Below, piece by piece: positions 38,841-52,099 of a stretch of 64,000 nt of DNA (the stretch's first letter is position 1; the number at the start of each line of letters is the position of its first letter). The stretch covers positions 29,078,001 through 29,142,000 of the forward strand of contig NW_025963857.1 of the NCBI RefSeq assembly GCF_023055435.1. The letters are read 5' to 3'. A program made the position numbers and the translations under genes. The notes under the pieces were generated by a model, which was given only the letters and a program-made list of their open reading frames with translations, did no database searches and was not told the origin of the DNA. Source of the DNA: Haliotis rufescens (taxonomy: Eukaryota).

Positions 38841-40731
38841 GCAACTCATAAACACTTTCACACTGATTGACACTGATACTGACATGTCAGCTGTTAATGC
38901 ACAGACGTTGAATTAATACTGACTAGACAAACACAGTGCCGATATGGTTACCCAATTTCACCTCACCTCGTGCTTTCTCCGGCATCAAACTGATTCACCA
39001 TGATATAACTGACATAATGTTCAAAGAGGCGTTAAAATCAATTCACTCACTAACTCTGTTCCTCAACTGGACAGTAATCTCTGCCACTACTGATGACAGA
39101 TAATGTATACATTTGAAGATGCTTATTGCATTTTTTATTGAATTGATTTTCATATTTCGTCCAATGACCACCACAAACGACGTCTTCCTGTTTGCAGTGG
39201 TAGTTAGTAACCACACGGGAATAGATCAAGTGTTACCTGAGTAAACTGAACACATGAAAAGGACAAATACGTGCATGTTGTTAATCAAATGCAGAAATAT
39301 ATCTTTCTGAGTCCACCTAAATAAACACAGGCGTCGCAATAAATTTATAAACTTATATCTCAGACATTTTAAATAACAAGGAAAGACAGGATTGAAAAAA
39401 AAACATTAAACATTTTAAATTAGGTATAAATGGTTTGTTTATTTACAAGTAGTTCCATCATACTCACATGTCTCTGAATTGATTGATTAATTGTCATTAA
39501 GACCGAAAGTTACAAATGCAAACAACAAAGTTCATGTATTCCAAGTCATGGCCATGTCATTCGAAATTCATGTAAATGTTGATAAATTTCTATTTGAACT
39601 ATAAGCACTGGCATTAAAGGTAATTTCTGACAACTTATAGTGGGAGCGATACATGCAGAAGCCATCTGAACTGACGAGCAATAGAAACCTAGTATATACT
39701 TCTACATGTTTTTTTGGTGTTAGATATAATTTGATTTAAAACTTTTAAAATAAAATTAAAAATTGAAAAATGTAATCGCATAATACACAAGAGGTTATGA
39801 GTATCTCGGACATCTCATCTTTGAAAAACAATAAATTTGTTTACAACATTTCAAACATGATAGGGGCCATGTTGCTGCAAATTCATTTCTTGCGTCAGTC
39901 TTCACTGAATTTGTTTACACACATTTACCCAGCAACAGATGACGTTTTACACACTTTTGAAGGAATGAGTGATGGCTGAAGAGAAATGCTCAAACTTAAC
40001 AACAGTTCTTTACATTTTCAATTACAAAAAAACCCGATCGGTATACCTTCCTTTGTCCCTCTGATTATTATTCATCCCAGCTAAGCGTACACCAAAGTTA
40101 TTTCACTTTATGTTGCGCAATGTCTATACGTAAAGTATTTCCGTTTATAATCAATTAACTGGGCTTTTGACAGATAATCAATGCGAATAATGTTATACAC
40201 CCTTAATTCATTCTATAAAATAAGGTGATAAATCGAGACATAATGTTATTAATAATCACAGTGGATGAATATTTACCTCTTGGATTCTACGACGAGTGAC
40301 GAAACGTTCAACTCTAAAGAATCAGGGTAGAGCTGTTCTTGACCGCGATCGAGACATTTTGCCATTCGATCCCCCTTTTGTAATCTTTCCTGATAAACAA
40401 GGGAACACGATACTGCCCCTCATTCTGTTTTTAGTAATAAACGCAATAGTGTTTCCTGTGTAGTGTATGTAATGACTTTATACTCACGCTCTTGGACATA
40501 CATATATGTTTATCATGCAAGATTAAAAGACAACCCACTTTTCCGAGATCACAGTGTAAATATATTAACTATTCATCTCTGTAATAAAGTATACCGCGTT
40601 GACGCTTTTTGCTCTCAATTCTACAAAATAACATATTTTCCGCCATCATTACAACCATTTCACCTCTTTCATGTGTGATTTTATCTTCCAAATGCGAACC
40701 ACTGGACTGATTGAATAACTATCGCAGGAGT

Positions 40732-41261
40732 AAGGTGAGGTGAAATTGGGTTTGGTGAGTGAGTGAGTATGGTTTTATGCCGTTTTTAGCAATATTCCAG
40801 CAATATCACGGCGGGGGTCACCCGAAATGGGCTTCACACATTGTACCCATGTCGGGAATCGAACCCGGGTCTTCGGCGTGACGAGCGAACGCTTTAACGC
40901 TTTAACCACTAGGCTACCCGACCGCCTGGGTTTAACGTCGCGTCCAAGATTATTGCAATAAAGCGACGTGCCTGCACGTATGTGTGTGTCTGTTTTACTA
41001 GTCTGGACTGATACCGATTTATAGTGATAGCTCGCTGAGATACCATGCCGCAGTTTAACATGAAGACTCCACACACACACAGTATACTGACTCAGAGCCG
41101 ATCAGTCCTTGTTGTATATTTAGCCCCTTAATGTCGAGCGCCAGACATGGTAACAAGAAGTACTATCTTTTGACGTCGTTTGGTAAAACGCGGCCGGGGA
41201 TCGAACCCCGGACCTTCCGCTCTCCGAGCGGACAATCTACCACTAGACCACGGATGCGGTC
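40732..41261 (-). mobile_element. tRNA-derived SINE family 2
   Basis: Head gaccgc.tccgtggtctagtggtaga, B box GGTTCGATCCC, (CACCT)n tail; 13-bp TSD ctatcgcaggagt (40719-40731, 41262-41274). Deleted paralog at 3385-3661. Confidence 0.9.
40754..40926 (-). mobile_element. SINE family 1 nested in the tail of a family 2 SINE
   Basis: 7-bp TSD tgggttt at 40747-40753 and 40927-40933. Confidence 0.9.
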
Positions 41262-41538
41262 CTATCGCAGGAGTCATATGTAGGGATCGGGTGAAGCGAT
41301 GTTGAAAAAATCAGCTGCAAGTGTACCTGTCCATCACTCACAGTGTGTTCTCAACCCATCTAAACGCACGTCAAACACAACAGTCGTTGTCCCCAAAAGT
41401 AATTCGCTCCAATGTCCGGTTCATTCAGCACAGTTTTACAAGCAGTTTGGCTATTTGCAATCAATTAGGTCTTGTATACAGCGTATGTGTGGCTCACAGC
41501 TAGCTTCTACATGGCAGAGTAATGTCTATCTATTTCAG

Positions 41539-43690
41539 TCAATCCTTCACAAAGGCGAATACTTTCACATGGTAATCGCTGGTAACGTAAAGCAAGCCAT
41601 CATCATCCAGACAGATACCAAGAGTACACTCAAGGCGATCATGTTGTGTGAGAACATCTCTGACAAACTGCCCCGACTCTGTCAACTGAATCACCCTTTT
41701 GGTGTCCCTGTCTACAAGCAGGATGTCTCCTGTGCTGCTTGTTGTGACCCCCCAAGGAGATTTCAGAGCTTTGTCTCCTGAAGGGGTGTAGGTGAAAACA
41801 ACTTCACCATCACAGGTCGCAGATACCAGGGATTTTACTGCAGGATCACTGAATATCAAGTTGTTATTTCTCGTGACATGAATATAGGATGGGTTCTTTA
41901 TCACACCTGTGTTGATAGATTTAAGAACATTCCCTTTCATATCCAGCACGTCAACAGAGGCACGACTGCCGATACCACCTGCTACCAGTTGTGAAGAGTT
42001 CAGACAGGCTAACCCATAATACTTCCTCTTTGTCTTCACAGTTGACACTTGTGTGGGCTCAGTGTTAAAGCTGATGAAAGCTATTTGTTTTGTGTCTGGC
42101 AGAGTAACAGCTACCCGAGCTCCACCAACCTTAGCTACTTGCTTTGGACCAGTGGGAAGATCGAGACATTTCTCGATGAGTCTTTTGTTTGAAGTATAAT
42201 ATGCACGAAGTCTCCTATAAAAACTGTCTATCACAACAGTTACCTTAATACCATCAACAACTAATACTGCAACATCAAACAAAACCTTTGAAAAAGGCTG
42301 AATGCCCCCCTGTCTGCCATAGTCTATTGTTTTCAGGAGAACAGGAGAAGACGTCCGGTCACACAGACCTCCAACAACCTTGACCTCCCCCAGCTGCACC
42401 TCATCCACATATCTCCTCAGTTTATCTGTGTCATGTGTGAAGAAAATGGTGGATGGTATTGGTCTCTTGTCCTCACTTGTGTCCTCATCTCTGGATGCTA
42501 CAGCCACAGACTCATATATATCATACATGTCTGCTACACAGTGTGACGTCACGGCTTTGTCTATGAACTCATACCGCTGCTGGTGCATCTGGAGCTCAAT
42601 CTCCTGGAACTTTCTGTAGGCTTTCCATTCTTCAATACGTATCTCAGTGAGTTGGTCGATACGATCCAGCAGTTTCTTTTCTTTTTTCAGAAGAACGTCT
42701 ACAGCTGCCATACGTACTTTCTGAACTTCGTCTTTCATCTCCCGTGCGTTCGTCGATAGCCTTTCAATTTTCGAATTTGTTGAAGAAATATTATCAGTGT
42801 AAGTGTCAATTTTTTTCTCTTGGTTTCTAGTTTCAGTTATCAGTCTTTCTTTTACAAGAGGCGTTATTGTATCTATGGTTTCAACATCATCACACTTCCT
42901 GTGTTTGATACTGCAGCATACAGTACAAATTGCCATCCTGCAATCTTTACAAAACAGTTTTATCTTCTCATCCTTGTGAATTCTGCACATAAAGCTTGAT
43001 GCCATTGGTTTCTCGTTTCTATGGATACGTAAGTCAATCACTTTATGGTCACGTAACCGTGGCATCTTCTTGTGTAACTGGAGACACCCATCACAGAAGA
43101 CCTCGTCACAAATGGTGCACCACATTGTACCTGGAGTTGTCTCCCCATCTTCTTTGCACACGCTACAGGTATCTAAACATAAAGCACAGCGTGTTACAAA
43201 TAATGCAATATCTAGAAAACACACTCACATACTACAACTTTTAATACATACTGTATGTTTACGGGCCATAGTTGTTAGGTGTATAAAAGTCAATATAAAC
43301 CAGCTCACTTCGAACTCAATCCTTCTCACTTTAATAAATATAAAAACTGCATTTCCAATACCTTGGGGTGCAAGACATGAAAACGTTTCAAAATTCCCTA
43401 CCTGACGATTCCCCCAAATCGTCCATCAGACTCTGTATAATGTGGTTTGGTTTCAGCTGTCTGACCCACTCCTCTACTGGTCTAGCAGGGTTGGCCACCT
43501 TCGTCAGCTGTCTACAGGAGGGACATGGAATAGACTTGGCTTGAATTGCTTTAGGCTGTGTTTTGGTGTATTTCAGCAAACAGGACCTACAGAATGCGTG
43601 ATTACACTGAAGTGTGGCAGGGTCTGTGAACACTTCTGTACAGATGACACAGGTCAGATGGTTGTCCGTCAATTTCTTTGCGGTGGCCAT
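41539..43690 (-). CDS. TRIM E3 ubiquitin ligase with NHL-like propeller, copy D, intact, ~640 aa (exons 43690-43402, 43172-41539)
   Basis: RING ORF 43388-43690 and ORF 41539-43224 are joined in frame by a GT-AG phase-1 intron (43401-43173). Domain motifs match copy E (SPWGVTTSSTGDILLVD, TLGICLDDDGLLYV). Confidence 0.9.
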
Positions 43691-44219
43691 TTCTGATGGA
43701 AAGAAATAGTCCGACTTAGCTATGTCTTCAGTACGAGTTTCATGGTGCTAAGTATCTCCAATGATCTATTCTTGCAGTGATCATAATAAAACACACACAA
43801 AAAACACNNNNNNNNNNNNNNNNNNNNNNNNNNNNNNNNNNNNNNNNNNNNNNNNNNNNNNNNNNNNNNNNNNNNNNNNNNNNNNNNNNNNNNNNNNNNN
43901 NNNNNNNNNNNNNNNNNNNNNNNNNNNNNNNNNNNNNNNNNNNNNNNNNNNNNNNNNNNNNNNNNNNNNNNNNNNNNNNNNNNNNNNNNNNNNNNNNNNN
44001 NNNNNNNNNNNNNNNNNNNNNNNNNNNNNNNNNNNNNNNNNNNNNNACTCTGATATTCATATACAAATTGGCGACGCTTGTATAAACACAGCCACCACTG
44101 CTTAAATCTGTTCACACTTGGATTCTAGAAACAAACACGTGCGATATATGGTTACGTCGTTTTGAAGAGACCTAACAGTACATTCAACATCTGTTAACAT
44201 GTTACACTTATTTCAACCT

Positions 44220-44520
44220 GCAAGTCAGGCTACTTTCGTTATTGAACTTCAATTTACCATGATGTCGACTATATTTCAAATATATGGGTGGTTACTAACA
44301 CGAGCCTGTGTGCAATGAATCCGAAATCAACATATTCCAGTTACATTTTAACAGACATCTATCGTGTTATCTTCACAGATACGCAACTTGGACGAGCACC
44401 CGGGGTAGACTGTTTTTCACTTCCTGGTCGTTGCCTCAGCCACACTGATGATCACGTGATATGTTCAAGCCATCGGGGAGAATGTATGTGAACACGTTAC
44501 ACGCGATACCCGTAAACTGT
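44220..44520 (-). promoter_or_regulatory. Same upstream module, copy D
   Basis: CACTTCCTG at 44418 and TCACGTGA at 44452; highly similar to 62200-62500. Confidence 0.6.
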
Positions 44521-44896
44521 GATACGGTTTCTCAGATCTATTGTGAGCTGTCAGCAGATATATCATGTTGTGAGTGTTTATTGTGACGAAACATTTTGGA
44601 ATAACAAATACAATGCTCCCAATACAATGTCATATGTGAAGTACTGTGCGCCATGTTCAAATACTATAATATATAAAATACACAGTACAATCAATCATGA
44701 ATCATTCAAATTATATTTGCAATGAATCATTTTATAAATATTTGTTTTCTGTTGAAATAAACAGAATAAACAAGCTGTTGCGTTGTTCTTAGCAGAGAAA
44801 ATGTCAATTCTAACAACAAGAAAACTGTAGAAATTATACCTTCTTATAATGCGCGCTCCAAGTCAGAAGACATTTGTCATAATGCACATGGGATCA

Positions 44897-45734
44897 CAAA
44901 TACAAACAAGATTTTGGCAATGATCTGGTATAATAGAGGTAAAAACTCCAACCTGCCACTCTGTTTGATCCCCTGTTTCAAGTGTATTAACCTGATCAGC
45001 AGCAAAGGTGAAATTAGTCTTGTTTGCAGATAGTGCACTTTCCCGTGTTCTCGTCTTTTCTGAGAGCTTCGAATTCTTTTCCAAACAAGGGGGCACGCGC
45101 TTTTCTGGTCTCTTTATTCACAACGTCCACTAGACTGTCAAAATGCACACCTGTCTCCCTCTCCCCAAAGGTCTGTATAAGACCCCTGAACTTCTGATAT
45201 TGACTGGGAGGGTAGTTTTCCAACTATTCTGTTAATATTCTCAGAGAAGTTCTCTAACTTAAGGCATTCTTTGTATAGCATTCCGACATTCACACAGGAA
45301 AATTGAGAAATCATCACGTGCCAACTCACACTGAAACATATGTCTTCATAGTCACCTTTCGATTGCATAAATACTTCATTTGTGAATGGCCAGACTCTGT
45401 GTGCACTTTCTACCTAAGTGTAATCATCTTCACCACACAGAGAATCTGTATGTTCTTCTACCAGCTTGAACTACAACCATGTACATGTATATTGTCTTCT
45501 TTCGAATCCGTGCCGTACTGAAGGCCTTTCTCTGCCCCCTTTCTAATCCTAGCCTCTGCTCTACCATCAGTACTCGTGAAATCATCATCATCTCTCTTAG
45601 GTTTTCTTTCATCATTACTCATGTTTGTATACAATTGCTATATTTGTTCTTCTTAGCAGATAAAATAGCCAGCTCCATCAACATGCAAACTGTAGACTGT
45701 AATTGTATCTTCTCATCATACCCTAAATCATCAT
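44897..45734 (-). mobile_element. BEL/Pao-like LTR retrotransposon gag fragment
   Basis: Frameshifted peptides ENINRIVGKLP..YQKFR...VHFDSLVDVVNKE..ARAPLFG resemble BEL/Pao gag. Part of it (45276-45401) recurs at 1-126. Confidence 0.55.
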
Positions 45735-46339
45735 ACATTTGTCATTATGCACATGAGATCAAAGTTCAGTTCAGAGTCTATGTTGCAGTTGTAAGAGTCA
45801 TACTTGTTATAGATTGACTGCAGTACATTATATTATGATGTAATACTATCACAATATTAATATATTAAACTTCACCAAAAATATACATTTTTTGACAAAG
45901 CCTACCTTTGTTAGATACAATCGACCTGAAACATGTCAGTCAACTCACATAACTAAGATTTCGATTAAATAACCTTTAATTGTTAAGTAAATAAGTTTGA
46001 AAAGCCCTCACAAAGAACGTGTTGAGACATCTGCTTTTAGACCTCGCGCAAAGCGAGCGAGTTTTGAATGCATCAAACAGCTGAATAAGCCATGTAAAAT
46101 ACAGACTAAATACTAAGATACATATTACATACTTCACAACCCCAATATAAACACCAGCACCACTGCAGACACTGTTCACATGCGGATTTAAGGCGTCACT
46201 AGCACGTGAGATGTTCAACAGTATCGTTACGATGTTTTCCAAAGAGAAACTTGTACATTTCACACAGCACACTATTTTCAACATTCACACTTATTTCAAC
46301 ATTTACATGTATTTCAACAAAGCCACGACTTGAACATGA

Positions 46340-46570
46340 AGTACAACTGACGTCATGTCGACTATCATTTCAATCTCGCAAATCTATGAGTGTTTTTTTC
46401 AAGAATGATTCGGTGTTTGGAAGAATGATTACGAAAACAAAAGATTCAGGTTATTTTTCAACAGAGAATTAGCGTTTTACCTTTAGATACTGCTTCATGC
46501 ACGACCACCGGGGTCAAACAACGTCTGTCTGCCTGGTTGACGCCTCCCACACTGATGATCACGTGACACG
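46340..46570 (-). promoter_or_regulatory. Orphan upstream module
   Basis: Same conserved blocks as the other modules; TCACGTGA at 46559. Confidence 0.45.
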
Positions 46571-46987
46571 ATATTCAGATAAGCTGTGAGATGTCATCAG
46601 ACACATTAGCAATGTCCCGTTTTTTACCACCAGATATTCATTTCCTGCTGAAATATATAGACTACTGTACAACTTTGAAAGGACTTGTGACCAAACATCT
46701 GCAACTCAAACATGTGTCAAAGAACACAATAATTGGCAAACAAACATTTATCTTTAAAAACTTCTCATATGAACACAACACGCGCGCGCTTCCCTGAAAA
46801 CTACCTTTTCAGTTATAAGTGTTAATTTAGACGACTGTTAATTTTAACCATATACTTCGATATATGTCTTTGGAATAACGTTATGGTAAAAATATCTGAA
46901 CATGAAAAATACAAATTGAACTTGAAATACAATTGTGCCAATAATCACAAATAATAAATGGGATATTTCTTAACGTTCACACGTTTC

Positions 46988-47395
46988 TTAAGTCAGATGG
47001 TTGTCTGTTAACTTCTTAGTGGTGTCCATTTGTGATGGCAAGTCGTCTGATTAAATTATGGGTTCAATACGATATTCTCCAAAGGAACCTTTATTCGGAC
47101 ATGGTATGCCGATGATCTATTTCTGTTACTTTTAATGTAAAGGATCTGTTAACTGTAACTCTGACAGTCATACTATTCCATATTCCATTCCATATGTGAG
47201 CATAATAAAAGACCATATTATGTTGACCACAATTACCATTACTGTTTTAATGCCCCATATTCCAGTTGGTATTTCGGGGCAGATCAAGAATACAATGTAG
47301 TTCCCCACAAACAAGTGCTTATCGCAAGACCCGACTTAAGTGTGGAATGGTCTGTCAACACCTCTGCACAGATAACAAAAATCAGGTGGTTATAA
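46988..47395 (-). pseudogene. Two TRIM RING-exon relics
   Basis: MDTTKKLTDNHLT* from ATG 47029 with paralog-like upstream intron sequence; NHLIFVICAEVLTDHSTL at ~47340-47395 resembles NHLTCVICTEVFTDPATL. Confidence 0.65.
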
Positions 47396-47399
47396 CAAC

Positions 47400-47428
47400 A
47401 ACTACTACTTGTACTACTACTACTAGTG

Positions 47429-47459
<31 letters not shown>

Positions 47460-47460
47460 A

Positions 47461-47493
<33 letters not shown>
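47400..47493. repeat. (ACT)n microsatellite
   Basis: Seen directly in the sequence. Confidence 0.98.
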
Positions 47494-47832
47494 GACCGCC
47501 TCCGTGGTCTTGTGGTAGAGCGTCCGCCCGGAGAGCGGAAGGTCCAGGGTTCGATCCCGGGCCGCGTCATACAAAAAGACGTTAAAAGATTGTACTTGTT
47601 GTTACCCTGTCTGGCGCTCGGCATTAAGGGGCTAAAACAAGGACTGGTCGGCTCGGAGTCAGTATACTGTGTCTGAGTGGGGTATTCATGTTAAACTGCG
47701 GCATGGTATCTCAGTGAGCTAGCACTATAAATCGGCATCAGTCCGGACTAGTACAAGCAGCCACACACACACATACACGTGCATGCACGTCGCTATATAA
47801 GTGCAATAATCTTGGACGCGACGTTAAACCCT
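47494..47832 (+). mobile_element. SINE family 2
   Basis: Full head and body, running into an N gap. Confidence 0.9.
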
Positions 47833-47969
47833 NNNNNNNNNNNNNNNNNNNNNNNNNNNNNNNNNNNNNNNNNNNNNNNNNNNNNNNNNNNNNNNNNNNN
47901 NNNNNNNNNNNNNNNNNNNNNNNNNNNNNNNNNNNNNNNNNNNNNNNNNNNNNNNNNNNNNNNNNNNNN

Positions 47970-48600
47970 GGAAGGAGTTATTGACCATCTCGTGGAAGGT
48001 GAGGCCTATACGTAGTTAGGGATGCAGATTAGGGACAAACTCCAGAATGCCCATGTCAAGGGAAAACTTCGGGCAGAGTACAAATGCAGACTGCTGTGCC
48101 CGTCCTTTCGTATTCTTTTGGTGTTGTTGATTGGACGAAACAAGGAATTCAGGGTATTGAGGTCCACCCATGGTACGATCCGGAATATGTAGAGGGCGTC
48201 ATGGAAAATGATAAATACAAAATTCTTTGGAATATGCCTGTATATAGCCTCAGACGTATCCAGGCCAACAAAAAACCTGATCTTGTCTTTTTTTTAATAA
48301 ATCCAATGAAATCATTTATATCTTTGAATTTTCTGTCCCCTTTGACACTAATGTGATTGACAAGATTGAGGAAAAACATGGCAAATATGCTTTCGAAATG
48401 TCACGCTTCCCAAGTACCATGTTGTCCGACTCCCCATTGTTCTCGGTGAGTTAGGTTTGGTACCTCCCAATCTGTTGACTGACATTGGGAGAGTGCACGG
48501 ATTCGCTACCAGGAATACAACCCTTCTGATAATCTGGGTAATGCAGAAGGCTGCAGTGTTGGGGAGTCTTCCTGGGAGAAGTCCCATTCGCTGTCTGGGC
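47970..48600 (+). mobile_element. R4/Dong-like non-LTR retrotransposon relic (RT C-terminus plus restriction-like endonuclease)
   Basis: AVPVLSYSFGVVDWT, WY....VMENDKYKILWNMP...IQANKKPDLV, PIVLGELG and MQKAAVLGS. Confidence 0.7.
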
Positions 48601-49595
48601 TGCGTGTAGAGGGGGCAAGGGCCCTGAGCTGATGTTGAGCCTAACCAGTCTGACTGTGCCAACATCACCCAAAAACTTTTGGCTGCATTTTTTATTTTAA
48701 TCTGTAAATAAAAATAACAATAACAATGAAATTTTTACAGCACTGAAACTCATAGAACTTAGATATATGCTCAAAGCGCTAGCAGCATGTATATATACAT
48801 AGATACAAGAGTCTGTATAAATGTTACTGATAAGCAGTCGGCATTTTTTATGGATAAAAATAGTTAGATTGTGTACAGGTTTCGTCATGTTGCCTCTGTG
48901 CATAACAACAAGACATGAAGAGAGATCAGTTATCATTCATATCACAATGTAGGTATTGTCGCACTAAATCAAATAAGGGCATTGTCATCAAAATTTCATC
49001 CAAACGAGTCGTCAGGCTACAACCCCCAATTCCTTTTCACCAGATGGCCTATACCACAGCTAAAACAGCTTGTTTATATGACCAATATATCAGTTGATGT
49101 TATTTAAAATTATACACTTATATAAATACTATACATGTTTTAAACGCCAGTGTTGATGTTGAAGAGAGACCATGGGAGTATCGCCCAGGAACTAACTCCA
49201 TCCTCACTGTGAGTCCTACATGTTGAACTATCTGTGAATTTGGATGGGGCATACGCATGATTCAAACTATGTTCTACTTACTTAGATCTAGAGAACGCCA
49301 CCTTCACCACAACAGTCGGACAATCAAGACTCAAAGATTACAGTTCACATGATATGAACACAGCGGGATATTATGGACCGGCGCACTTCAGATTACATTT
49401 GTAGAGGCTGATCCTCCATGGCCACGAGTGATATAGTGTGTTGGTGGTGGTAAATGTTATGCAAAGGTCAATTCTAAACCATATTGTTATGTGCAAGACC
49501 AATAAAAAATCACGATCGACTCGCGATACATGGAAATCTAAGCTAAACCGCGAACAAACGAACAATTATAATTAAAGTTATTGTAAATTTAAATA

Positions 49596-51159
49596 AACTG
49601 GGCGGCAAAAGAAAGTATAGGTCGAGTTCCATGATCGATAACAAAAATAACAAGAAGAGGTTTTGTTGTTAATTATAACGTAACCTAGGGAGGGGTAACA
49701 AATGATTGATCAACCACAGTTTGAATGAAATTGTGCAATCACAGGTAATATAAGCTCAAGGTAAACAATGGTGGGGTAAGAAATTTCATTTTCAAAAGTT
49801 GTCTGAAATATCACAAAAAATTGTCAGACACACTACAAGTTCATTGTCGACACAGTTGCCTTCAATAGCGTGTATGACCTCCAGCTGCCTCAAGGCATGC
49901 TGTGATACGCCGCCTCATCGATGACGTCAGTCTTCTGATGACGTGGACTGGAATCCGTTGCCACTCGTCTCTCAGGGCCTGCTGCAATTCTTGTCTGTTG
50001 ACGGGAGGCTGATGGCGTGCTCTACTCTGTCTGTCAAGATGGTCCCACAGTTGTTCAATGGGATTCATATCGGGTGAATGGGCAGGCCAGGGCAAAACGT
50101 CAACGTTCTGTTGGTTTGGGGAGTTCCGAGTCAGTCTTTGCAGTATGGGGCCTGGCATTGTCGTGTTGAAACAATGCACCCTGCTGTTGGTTTTGTCAGA
50201 ACGAAATGCACAACAGGCTGCAACATTTGGTCTCTCTACACTGCACAGCGTTCAGGTTTCCCTGTATAATCACAAAAATCAGTCTTCTGGTCTCCACAAA
50301 TACCGCCCCACACCATGACACCTCCCGCGCCGAATGGATGGACCTCTCGAATACACGCCGGAGCCAAACGTTCCCCTCTTCGTCGATAAACTCGTTCTCT
50401 GTCTTAAACCGACTTTCATCACTAAACAGCACTCGACGCCAATTTCTCAATTACCAGCGTCGAACCTGCCTCGCCCATCGCAGTCTTAGGCGTCGATGTT
50501 GAGCAGTCAGTACCATTCCAGCAGCACGAAGTCGTCGTAGCACTGTACGTTGGCTGATGGGATGTCCAAACGCTGTTGCTGCCATCGCCGTCGCCGTTAC
50601 GAATCTGTTTCGCAGGTGAATGAGCCGTATCTTCCAGTGGTGTTGTCACTCGGGGTAGTTCGGTTCTAGGCCTGTCTTGTGTTCTTTTCTGTCTGCCTGT
50701 ACCGTTGAATTAACCTGGCTACTGTCAATGGTGTACAACCAAACCTTCTGGCAAATTGGACGTGTGTTGNNNNNNNNNNNNNNNNNNNNNNNNNNNNNNN
50801 NNNNNNNNNNNNNNNNNNNNNNNNNNNNNNNNNNNNNNNNNNNNNNNNNNNNNNNNNNNNNNNNNNNNNNNNNNNNNNNNNNNNNNNNNNNNNNNNNNNN
50901 NTTTGTGTGCTTTCACCACGTGTGGTTATACCCACGCATTTATACAGCTAACATGCACGTGCAGTTTATGCCATAGGCGAGAAACCTGTTTCACCATTTT
51001 GGTGTCAGCGCACGAGCCCCGTCAAAGGTGGCGCGTTCGGGTGAGGTGTTTTTTGGTATCTGTTCCTGGGCAGTCATTTTCCCAATACCCACTTTTCACT
51101 AGTTATCGCTGTTTTAAAATTACAAATTGCCAACCTATACTTTCTTTTGCCGCTTAGTT
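49596..51159 (-). mobile_element. Tc1-like transposon, degenerate transposase
   Basis: ~27-bp TIRs (gcggcaaaagaaagtataggt core at 49602-49622 and 51133-51153); frameshifted motifs VLFSDESRF, QHDNARPH and WPAHSPDMNPIEQLW. Confidence 0.9.
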
Positions 51160-51322
51160 CACATACCAATAATATAACGAAAAGTAGATTCCATTGCAAA
51201 CAACGGTGCATGATGCCTAATTCAAACTTGACCCATAAGCTTGTGCATCGAGGATAAGTTGGTCTTTTTCATATATTTGAAACCCTTTACATAAGCATGT
51301 GAATCATTGACAAAATGTATGG

Positions 51323-51642
51323 GACCGTCTCCGTAGTCTAGCAGTCTAGTGGTAGAGCGTCCGCTCGGAGAGCGGATGGTCGGGGGTTCGATCCACGGCC
51401 GCGTCATACTAAAACATGTCAAAATATGGTACTTGTCTGTCGCTCGGCACTAAGGAACAGGGTCTGGTAAGCTCTGAGTCAGTATACTGTTTTTGTGTGG
51501 GTATTCATTTTAAACCCAGGCATTGTTGGCTACAATCCGGACTTGTATAAGCAGCCACACATACACAAATATACGTGCATGCACGTCGCTATTTTAGTGC
51601 AATAATCGTGGATGCAACGTTAAACACCATTTCACCTCACTT
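51323..51642 (+). mobile_element. SINE family 2 (diverged)
   Basis: Same head, body and tail as 47494-47832. Confidence 0.85.
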
Positions 51643-52099
51643 AGGTATGGATGTTACAGTCAATGTGTAAAATGACTAAGATTTTCATCTAGGCAATTTA
51701 CAATCTGTCTTAATATTTCAGTACTTTTCCAAACTGATTGAAATATCGATCCATTTATTATATTACAATCTCACCACCCAGTGTCTTCTGGCTTCTAATC
51801 ATTGCATAATTTGTCTATTGTAATGATTAAAAACCCATCTTAATAATTTTCATTCAATTTGTCAAATACATGGACATATTTTTCGGTCAACCTGACTAAA
51901 AAAGACTCTTCCAAAAGGGAAATGCAAACCAGATTTGTGTTAGGTAGGAAAATACATTTTTACGAGGAACCGTACAAGGTGTTAAGCCAAAATGTTGTGG
52001 AGAGAACACTTGGTGATTGTAGTCATCACAGTTATCGGTACATAGGAAAAGTGAAAGGTGAAGGTCAGCTCCCATCAATAAAGCGTATGTCCCCCGTTG

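Noticed and set aside
47266-47676. Poly-Thr/Ser/Val ORFs
   Set aside because: Translations of an (ACT)n microsatellite plus SINE.
49150-49350. Possible Penelope-like RT remnant (MGV.PGTN, TYLDL)
   Set aside because: Two short degenerate motifs only.
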